From Elusimicrobiota bacterium (GTDB lineage: Bacteria; CG03; SLGR01; JAGXOG01): 59,032 bases of DNA. Under the pieces are notes generated by a model. It saw nothing but the letters and a program-made list of their open reading frames with translations, was not told where the DNA came from and made no database searches. Location of the stretch: contig JBNJDT010000008.1 of NCBI GenBank assembly GCA_051745145.1, positions 1-59,032 on the forward strand. Reading direction: 5' to 3'. The translations under genes and the position numbers were made by a program. Below, piece by piece: positions 52,841 through 59,032 of this stretch (its first letter is position 1; every line of letters begins with the position of its first letter).

Positions 52841-54286
52841 ATGAAAAAATATAAAAAATTAAAATTATTTTTAACCGGTCTGGTTTTAGTCTTATGGCCG
52901 GTAAGCTGCACTTTCCCGTCTTCTGGCAGGACAGATACGCCTACCCGCCCGTCAGAGACTCATGCCGTGGATATGAGGCATGAGGATATAGAAAAGATAT
53001 ATGATGTTAAAAAAGCATGGATAGATAACGCCGAAGAAAGTATTGATATAGAAATGTGGAATATGTGGAAATACGATTACGGTATAATGGGGGAGCTTTA
53101 CAAAAGTCTCAAGCAGGCCGCCCGCCGGGGTGTCCGGGTAAGAATAGCACTGGGTGCGGGAAATAAAAACAATGAGCATATAGATGAAGAGTTCTTTGAC
53201 TCCCCGAATATATCGGTTGTAAATGTGAAACCGTCCGCTCATTCAAAATATATGGTTGTGGACCAGAAGAAGGTTACCGTGGGGTCGGGCAACTGGTCCT
53301 GGTCGGCAATGGAGCAAAACTACGAGTTTAACCTGAATATAGAAGATGAAGTTATAGGCGAAACTTTTACTTATTTATTTGAGACTTTATGGGAAGCTTC
53401 GGGACAGAATATAGAGCCCGGGGGAGGGTACCGAAAGACCGAAACTATTATACCTTTAGCCCACGGCAGATATGTACCCGAAGATTTTAAGTCAATTCAT
53501 GAATACCAGATTGAGAAAATCAACGGGGCAAAAGATAAAATATTAGTATCAATATACCATTTCCGTCCGTTTTTTAATGAAATAAAAGAAAAGATTCGGG
53601 ACCGGCTGGCCGCTGCCGCAGAGCGGGATGTTAAAATTAAACTGCTTGTGGATGAATCCAGTTATACCCGGACGGATAAAGATAGGATAGATGATTTTGC
53701 TTCCCTTGAAAATACTTACGTTAAAATAATAGATATGTCCCAGGCCCCGTATGTTGATGAAAGAGGAGCCAACCATACTAAAATTTTTCTCGTTGATGAG
53801 AAATTCGGGGTTATCAGCAGTTTAAACTGGGACAGATATACCTTTGATAATTCAGGCAGGGACGCGGGAGCGGGATTTAAAGACAGTAAACTGCAAAATG
53901 TTGTTGAAGAATCTTTTTACCTGACCTGGAACTCCCCCTACTCAAAATGGGCCGAAGACCAGTTTCCGGTCCCTGAAACAGATATGAGGCGCCCTAAAAT
54001 AAGTGGGGTAACTGTGGATAATATAACTTCAACTTCCGCGGAATTTAAATCAGAACTTAAGGTAAAGAATGCAGGGGTATATTTTTTGTGGCAGCAGGTT
54101 CCGGTACTGAAAAGATGGGAATATCATTATCCTATATTTCGTCGGTCAAAACCCGGAGGATTTAGTTATAAAGTTAAAAATCTAAAACCGGATACCAGAT
54201 ACGGCGTGGTAGGGCAGGCTGTAAATAAAGCAGGGCGTGTGAGAACTCCGGTTAAATATTTTAAAACTGAATCTTCCAGAGACTAA
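52841..54286 (+). CDS. Phospholipase D superfamily lipoprotein with FN3-like C-terminus
   Basis: Two HxKxxxxD motifs (HSKYMVVD..GSGNW; HTKIFLVD..SSLNW), signal peptide ending in VSC, LKPDTRY tail. Confidence 0.85.
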   Translation: MKKYKKLKLFLTGLVLVLWPVSCTFPSSGRTDTPTRPSETHAVDMRHEDIEKIYDVKKAWIDNAEESIDIEMWNMWKYDYGIMGELYKSLKQAARRGVRVRIALGAGNKNNEHIDEEFFDSPNISVVNVKPSAHSKYMVVDQKKVTVGSGNWSWSAMEQNYEFNLNIEDEVIGETFTYLFETLWEASGQNIEPGGGYRKTETIIPLAHGRYVPEDFKSIHEYQIEKINGAKDKILVSIYHFRPFFNEIKEKIRDRLAAAAERDVKIKLLVDESSYTRTDKDRIDDFASLENTYVKIIDMSQAPYVDERGANHTKIFLVDEKFGVISSLNWDRYTFDNSGRDAGAGFKDSKLQNVVEESFYLTWNSPYSKWAEDQFPVPETDMRRPKISGVTVDNITSTSAEFKSELKVKNAGVYFLWQQVPVLKRWEYHYPIFRRSKPGGFSYKVKNLKPDTRYGVVGQAVNKAGRVRTPVKYFKTESSRD

Positions 54287-54310
54287 GTTTTTTAATTTTA
54301 AAAAATAAGT

Positions 54311-54340
54311 TTGACATAAAAAAAAGAAAAAAAGTATAAT
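54311..54340 (+). promoter_or_regulatory. sigma70 promoter of RCC1-PorV pair
   Basis: TTGACA-N18-TATAAT, 10 nt before ATG 54351. Confidence 0.7.
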
Positions 54341-54350
54341 TAAACGGATA

Positions 54351-56966
54351 ATGTATTATTTAAAAACAGTTTTGTATAACATTTTTAATCATAGAACAGC
54401 TGGAATAATAATTTTTCTTATTATTTTCAGCTTTCCGGTATTTGCTAAAGCGGGCAGTCCGGATCCGGTTGATTCCATTGCCGCCGGCGGTTATCATACG
54501 TTAGCTTTAAAAGAATCAGGTACTCTCTGGGCCTGGGGGAATAACTACTATGGAGAACTGGGAATAGGAGCTTCCGGAGGAGAAACTGACAGTTTCAGCG
54601 AAGGTATTGACGAAAAACATCCCGTGCGCGTGGGATCTGATACCGACTGGAGCAAAATTACCGCCGGGGCCCGCCACTCGCTGGGTATAAAAGAAGACGG
54701 GACCCTGTGGGCCTGGGGATGGAATGATTACGGTCAGCTGGGACTGGGAGATACTATTGATAAAGATATACCCCTACAGGTAAGCACCCACTCGTGGAGT
54801 TTTGTGGCAGGAGGCGGCTATCATACCCTGGCTATAAGGGAAGACGGGACTCTGTGGGCCTGGGGCCGCAACGAAGACGGTCAGTTGGGGGTAGGGGATA
54901 ACAGCGATAAAAACAGTCCTGTGCAGGTGGGAGTATCCACCAGGTGGGTGACCTGCGCGGCCGGGGCCAACCATTCACTTGCCATAAAAGATAACGGAAA
55001 ACTGTGGGCCTGGGGATTTAACGATAGCGGTCGGCTGGGTTTAGAAGATAATTATACTATCGGAGAAAGCACAAATATCCCGGTAGAAATGCTCTCTAAT
55101 GTAGATTGGGATAAAATTTCGGCCGGATTTAATCATACTCTTGGAATAAAAGATAATAATACGCTCTGGGCCTGGGGAGCCAATACCTATGGGCAGTTAG
55201 GAGGGGCTACTGCCGGTGGGGTCCCCAGTCAACCCGAATTGGGTACAGAATGGAAAAATGTCAGTTGCGGCTGGGACCATACGCTGGGAATACAAAACGA
55301 TAACTCGCTTCATGCCTGGGGAAGAAATAATGATGGGCAATTGGGCCTAGGATACACAAATCCCAAAGAAGAAGCTCCGCAGGAAGTGAGTACAGATACG
55401 TGGAAGTTAATTTCAGCCGGGGGGGCAGGAAATGACGGGACTGGAGGAACACATCTGGATAATTTTCACTCCCTGGCAATTAGGGAAGATAATTACCGGG
55501 ATCTTTGGGGATGGGGAAGTAACAGTTACGGTCAGCTGGGGCAGGAAGATACTGTAAATAAAGATATCCCCACAAGAACTTATATAATAACTAATTACGG
55601 TATAGAAGTATCAAGCTCGGTTGTGGCGGGCGATACTTTTACCATGACTGTAAATGCCAAAGACGGCGATGATAATGTTTCCTATTTTTCGGGAGCTGTA
55701 AATATACAGGCATACCTTGCCGGAGATATAACAAAGATAGGTTCCGGGCAGTTAAGTATTACCGACGCAGAATTAAGTGACGGCGTAGTTGTAATAGATA
55801 ATCAGACCTATACCGCAGCCGAGGATATACGGCTTAAAGTCAGCGACGGAATAGAAAATACAGGCCTGAGTTCCACAGTAACGGTCACTTCCGCAAAGGC
55901 GAATAATCTCAATGTAAAAACAGAACCGGAATATGTTGTCCCGGGCCAGACCGCTACTTTAACGGCGACAGTGCTGGACAGTTACGGTAATGCAGTATCA
56001 AATGTTGCTACTGAATTTGAAATTACATCCGGTACCGGAACTTTGAGCAAAAGTTCAGATAATACAGATGACCTCGGCCGGGTAGTTGTGGGTTTTTATC
56101 CCGGGGAAACTTCCGGGAATTCTTTTACCAGTACGGTTTTAACTACAGGCGGAGAAGGTGAATTTTCAGTTGCCGAAAAGATTCATACCGGCGTTGAAAT
56201 CGATTCTAAAACGGGGGGCACTGTTAAATCCACCGAAAAGTCCCTTACCCGTATTAATATCCCGGCTGGAGCAATATTAAAAGATGTCAGTTTTTTTATT
56301 ATAACCGAAGAAGATTTAACCGCCGGGGAACAGGCTCTGGTTGACAATGCAAACAGTAAAGCTCCTTCCGATAAAATTATTGCCCCCGGGGTGCGCAAAA
56401 TCAAGGCGTTGGATAATGACGGCGGAATCTATGATGCTTTTGAGGATTTTGTTGAAATTGAATTTTCTTACGATGACACTAATAATGACGGAAGGGTGGA
56501 CGGTGCCAATATACTTGAAGAAGAATTGAAAGTACTTTATCTTAACCCTTCAACCGAAGTGTGGGAAATTATAACTGATGGGGGAATAAATACGGTTGAT
56601 GGAAAAGAAAATAAAGTAAGGGCCGAAGTTAAAAAGTTTTCTATTTTAACTCTGGGCAACCCCACCCAGGATTCTCTTGACGGCGTGGAGGTCTATCCCA
56701 ACCCTGTCAATTTTTCTAAAGCAGTCCGGGGTACGGTTAAATTTCAGGGGCTCACCCGGGATTCTAAAATAAAGATATACGATGTTACCGGCCGGCTGGT
56801 GAAAACTCTAAAACCGGGTACTTCGGAAAACGACGGGGAAAGCGGAAAAGCCGAATGGGACGGGAAAAGTGAAAATGGCAAAAAGGTAAGTATGGGACTC
56901 TATATTTATTCTGTAACCGATCCGGACGGTAACCAAACTTCCGGTAAATTCGGGGTGGTCAAATGA
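54351..56966 (+). CDS. Secreted RCC1-repeat beta-propeller protein with Ig-like domains and T9SS type A/FlgD-Ig-like C-terminal domain
   Basis: Signal peptide; 7 repeats of AG..H.LAI...GTLWAWG.N..GQLG; LTATVLDSYGN Big-like domain; C-terminal VYPNP...IKIYDVTGRLVK...WDGK. Confidence 0.88.
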   Translation: MYYLKTVLYNIFNHRTAGIIIFLIIFSFPVFAKAGSPDPVDSIAAGGYHTLALKESGTLWAWGNNYYGELGIGASGGETDSFSEGIDEKHPVRVGSDTDWSKITAGARHSLGIKEDGTLWAWGWNDYGQLGLGDTIDKDIPLQVSTHSWSFVAGGGYHTLAIREDGTLWAWGRNEDGQLGVGDNSDKNSPVQVGVSTRWVTCAAGANHSLAIKDNGKLWAWGFNDSGRLGLEDNYTIGESTNIPVEMLSNVDWDKISAGFNHTLGIKDNNTLWAWGANTYGQLGGATAGGVPSQPELGTEWKNVSCGWDHTLGIQNDNSLHAWGRNNDGQLGLGYTNPKEEAPQEVSTDTWKLISAGGAGNDGTGGTHLDNFHSLAIREDNYRDLWGWGSNSYGQLGQEDTVNKDIPTRTYIITNYGIEVSSSVVAGDTFTMTVNAKDGDDNVSYFSGAVNIQAYLAGDITKIGSGQLSITDAELSDGVVVIDNQTYTAAEDIRLKVSDGIENTGLSSTVTVTSAKANNLNVKTEPEYVVPGQTATLTATVLDSYGNAVSNVATEFEITSGTGTLSKSSDNTDDLGRVVVGFYPGETSGNSFTSTVLTTGGEGEFSVAEKIHTGVEIDSKTGGTVKSTEKSLTRINIPAGAILKDVSFFIITEEDLTAGEQALVDNANSKAPSDKIIAPGVRKIKALDNDGGIYDAFEDFVEIEFSYDDTNNDGRVDGANILEEELKVLYLNPSTEVWEIITDGGINTVDGKENKVRAEVKKFSILTLGNPTQDSLDGVEVYPNPVNFSKAVRGTVKFQGLTRDSKIKIYDVTGRLVKTLKPGTSENDGESGKAEWDGKSENGKKVSMGLYIYSVTDPDGNQTSGKFGVVK

Positions 56967-57880
56967 AAAAATTTGTAATATTCGCAGCTGTATTTTTTGC
57001 GCTTTTCAGTCCCGGGTCTGTTTTTGGCGCGGGATCTTCGGCAGCTCAGTTTCTGCAGATTCAGCCCGGGGCCAGGGCATCGGCAGTGGGAGGAGCATAC
57101 GTATCCCTGGCCGATGACGGGGATAGTCTGTACTGGAACTCCGCCGGACTTGCTCAAATTGATAAATCCCATATTAAACTTTTTCAGATGGTATATCTGG
57201 AAGGGCTTAATTACAGTTTTATCTCTTATTCGGAACCTATGGGGAAATGGGGTGTTTTCAGCCTGGGGATGCTGGGGCTTTATTCGGATAAAATTGAGAA
57301 AACCCTGGAAAATGATTACGGCTATATTGTTAAGACCCAACAGACTTATAATACTCTGGAAACGGCGTTTAAACTGGGGTGGGGAAAATCTATTAATAGC
57401 GATTTAAATATAGGTATAACGGGAAAAATTATAAATCAGCGAATAGATCAAAAAACGGCAACGGGAGTGGGAATTGATCTTGGCGGAAAATATTTTTTAA
57501 CTGACAATATAACTTTAGGGGCAAATATCCAGCATCTGGGATTTTCCGTTAAGGGCAATAATATGCCCGTAAATTTTAAACTGGGCGCTCACTGGCAGGT
57601 CCCGGTTCCCGACCATGAGGCGTTAAAGGACCTTATTGTAACCTCTGAAATAAATCAGCCGGTGGACGGAATAGCAAGTATGGGCATTGGATTAGAAAGA
57701 AAAATCTACGATATTTTATATTTGCGTACCGGTTATAATTCCCGGGCTCAAACAGGCGGTCTTAGCGGCCTAAGGGGAGGATTGGGAATTGACTGGCGCC
57801 GGTTTAAAGTTGATTATAGCTATGCCCCATACGGCGATTTGGGAAATACTCACCAATTTACATTTGGAGCTACTTTTTAG
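56963..57880 (+). CDS. PorV/PorQ-family outer-membrane beta-barrel protein
   Basis: Signal peptide, FLQIQPGARASAVGGAY, LYWNSAGL, DYSYAPYGDLGNTH, terminal Phe. Confidence 0.85.
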   Translation: MKKFVIFAAVFFALFSPGSVFGAGSSAAQFLQIQPGARASAVGGAYVSLADDGDSLYWNSAGLAQIDKSHIKLFQMVYLEGLNYSFISYSEPMGKWGVFSLGMLGLYSDKIEKTLENDYGYIVKTQQTYNTLETAFKLGWGKSINSDLNIGITGKIINQRIDQKTATGVGIDLGGKYFLTDNITLGANIQHLGFSVKGNNMPVNFKLGAHWQVPVPDHEALKDLIVTSEINQPVDGIASMGIGLERKIYDILYLRTGYNSRAQTGGLSGLRGGLGIDWRRFKVDYSYAPYGDLGNTHQFTFGATF

Positions 57881-57881
57881 A

Positions 57882-57910
57882 ACCGTTGTCCTTGCTCAGT
57901 AAATAGGGAA
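57882..57910 (+). repeat. Left copy of 29-bp imperfect direct repeat flanking the TA module
   Basis: ACCGTTGTCCTTGCTCAGTAAATAGGGAA; 24/29 identical to 58612-58640, with a 15-bp exact core. Confidence 0.75.
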
Positions 57911-57936
57911 CTTTTTGATACTTCACAGCAGAGTAG

Positions 57937-57985
57937 TTGACTTTTAATCCTTTTTGTAGTATTATTTTTAATACTAAAAATAATA
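57937..57985 (+). promoter_or_regulatory. TA operon promoter with overlapping operator palindromes
   Basis: TTGACT-N17-TATTAT; TAGTATTA-TTTT-TAATACTA (57957-76) and TATTATTTTTA-ATAC-TAAAAATAATA (57960-85). Confidence 0.75.
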
Positions 57986-58006
57986 TTAAAAAGGAGGTGA
58001 AAATTT

Positions 58007-58285
58007 ATGGTTAGCATAACAGAAGACATTAAAACCATTACTGATTTGAAGAAAAAAACTCACAGTATCTTTGAACAAATCCACAAAACAGGGCGTCCGG
58101 TTTTTATTACTGTCCACGGTAAACCCGATGCGGTTATTCTTGATCCTGAAGTATTCGAGAAAAAAATGAAAGCTCTTTCTTTAGGGAAACTGCTTGCTGA
58201 GGCTGAACAGGAAGTTAAAAACGGCAAAACCCGCCCCGCGTCGGAGTTTCTTAAAGATCTGAAAGAGAATGCCAAAGAAGTATAA
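58007..58285 (+). CDS. Phd/YefM family antitoxin
   Basis: IKTITDLKK...GRPVFITVHGKPDAVIL; strong RBS; overlaps the toxin gene. Confidence 0.9.
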   Translation: MVSITEDIKTITDLKKKTHSIFEQIHKTGRPVFITVHGKPDAVILDPEVFEKKMKALSLGKLLAEAEQEVKNGKTRPASEFLKDLKENAKEV

Positions 58286-58568
58286 AGTTGAAATAACAGA
58301 ATTAGCCGAAAAAGATATTCTTTCTATTTTTCGCCATATTGCCAAAGACAGCGAGCAGGCGGCCAAAAAATGGGTCAATGAAGTGGAGAAGCAGTTTGAA
58401 ACCCTGGTCAAGTTTCCTAAACGTGGTCCGGTCATCCCTGAAGCTGAAGAACTCGAGGTGGCCTACCGTCATCTTGTCTATGGTAATTATAGAACTATTT
58501 TCCGGTTATATAAGAAAAAGGTTTTTGTGTTGCGTGTAGTACATTCTTCGCAACTTCTTAAATTTTAA
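58269..58568 (+). CDS. RelE/ParE family toxin
   Basis: YKVEITELAEKDI..I..HIA.DS, FP.RG, YR.LVYGNYR.IF, VLRVVH. Confidence 0.9.
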   Translation: MPKKYKVEITELAEKDILSIFRHIAKDSEQAAKKWVNEVEKQFETLVKFPKRGPVIPEAEELEVAYRHLVYGNYRTIFRLYKKKVFVLRVVHSSQLLKF

Positions 58569-58611
58569 TTTTCTCTTTTTGTTCCTAAAATACCAGGGCG
58601 AATAAAAAGGG

Positions 58612-58640
58612 ACGGTAGTTCATGCTCAGTAAATAGGTAA
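58612..58640 (+). repeat. Right copy of 29-bp imperfect direct repeat flanking the TA module
   Basis: ACGGTAGTTCATGCTCAGTAAATAGGTAA; exact core TGCTCAGTAAATAGG at 58623-58637. Confidence 0.75.
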
Positions 58641-58698
58641 ATAATTATTACAGCTAAATACAAATATTTTTAAAATTAAATATCCTAATTTTTTTAAT

Positions 58699-58727
58699 TT
58701 GACAAATTTTTAATTAACTTGTAGTCT
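58699..58727 (+). promoter_or_regulatory. sigma70-type promoter pointing into the 36-nt repeat array
   Basis: TTGACA-N17-TAGTCT, with no substantial RBS-led ORF between it and the repeats. Confidence 0.65.
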
Positions 58728-58804
58728 ATAGAGCTCATTTTTAGATGGTGAGAAGTTTAAAAATATTATATTTGTAAAGAGTCTAAATGTATGCTATTTC
58801 AAAA

Positions 58805-59000
58805 TTAGTAGGTTAGTTTCATTTGTTGACGGTTTTAAAGCAAGTGTGCTCAGCTTCACATGTTAACAGCTTCTAGCAAGTGTGCTCAGCCTCACTTGTA
58901 TACGGCTTCTAACAAGTGTGCTCAGCCTCACATGTTAACGGCTTCTAACAAGTGTGCTCAGCTTCACATGTTAACGGCTTCTAACAAGTGTGCTCAGCCT
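58805..59000 (+). repeat. Tandem array of 36-bp repeats (1 degenerate, 4 full, 1 partial)
   Basis: Full units at 58841, 58877, 58913, 58949 and a partial at 58985; consensus CAAGTGTGCTCAGCYTCACATGTTAACGGCTTCTAA; degenerate copy 58805-58840; no spacers. Confidence 0.97.
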
Positions 59001-59029
59001 AAAAATCAACCATTTAGGTTAATTTTTTT
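58996..59029 (+). terminator. Putative Rho-independent terminator after repeat array
   Basis: AGCCTAAA/TTTAGGTT or AAAAATCAACC/GGTTAATTTTT stems followed by or ending in T7; AT-rich and weak. Confidence 0.55.
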
Positions 59030-59032
59030 AAC

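Larger units (their letters stand above)
58735..59029 (+). ncRNA. Candidate type III TA antitoxin RNA (ToxI-like pseudoknot repeats)
   Basis: Promoter, ~5.5 x 36-nt repeats, then hairpin/U-tract; each unit fits an H-type pseudoknot (GUG/CAC and AGCY/RGCU) with a compensatory change; toxin not in window. Confidence 0.6.

Noticed and set aside
54480..55580. DNA-level repeats (CTGTGGGCCTGGGG etc.) as a mobile or DGR-type repeat
   Set aside because: They simply encode the RCC1 protein repeats; no reverse transcriptase or adenine-specific variant pair is seen
266..58539. Numerous 60-175 aa antisense or alternate-frame ORFs in the track (e.g. 5396-5848, 24725-25252, 40844-41338, 50734-51171)
   Set aside because: They are shadows of well-supported genes and have no RBS or recognisable motifs
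58841..59000. CRISPR array interpretation of the 36-bp repeats
   Set aside because: Units are head-to-tail with no unique spacers, and no cas genes are in the window
58841..59000. Plasmid iterons / replication origin
   Set aside because: Units are longer than typical 17-22 bp iterons, no rep gene or DnaA-box cluster is seen, and the variation fits RNA pairing; not fully excluded because downstream sequence is missing
1..59032. tRNA, rRNA, transposase or integrase genes
   Set aside because: None recognised in the intergenic gaps or ORFs by eye; a covariance-model scan was not possible

Overview
Chromosomal segment of an AT-rich bacterium. GC is about 40% by eye. Pilin, PorV-like and T9SS-CTD-like genes hint at an Elusimicrobiota-like or other diderm candidate lineage (inference only). 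Most of the window is housekeeping: a pilin/O-glycosyltransferase/prepilin peptidase trio, a tandem (REC-HK)x2 hybrid kinase, groESL, purH, a pabB-pabC fusion, trkH/trkA, nfo, rplU-rpmA-proB-proA-nadD-LCP-rsfS-argS, hom-thrC-thrB, and a ~14 kb lysC-cimA-ilvD-ilvBN-ilvC-leuA-leuCD-leuB-asd operon. That operon is preceded by an unannotated Ile/Leu/Val-rich leader peptide and attenuator. The right end is accessory: a PLD lipoprotein, an RCC1-repeat protein with a T9SS-like C-terminal domain paired to a PorV-like gene, and a Phd/YefM-RelE/ParE type II TA module bracketed by 29-bp imperfect direct repeats. The most interesting element is at the very end: a promoter, about 5.5 tandem 36-nt repeats and a hairpin/U-tract. 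The repeats fit a ToxI-like H-type pseudoknot with a compensatory base change, making this a candidate type III toxin-antitoxin RNA antitoxin whose toxin would lie just beyond the window.
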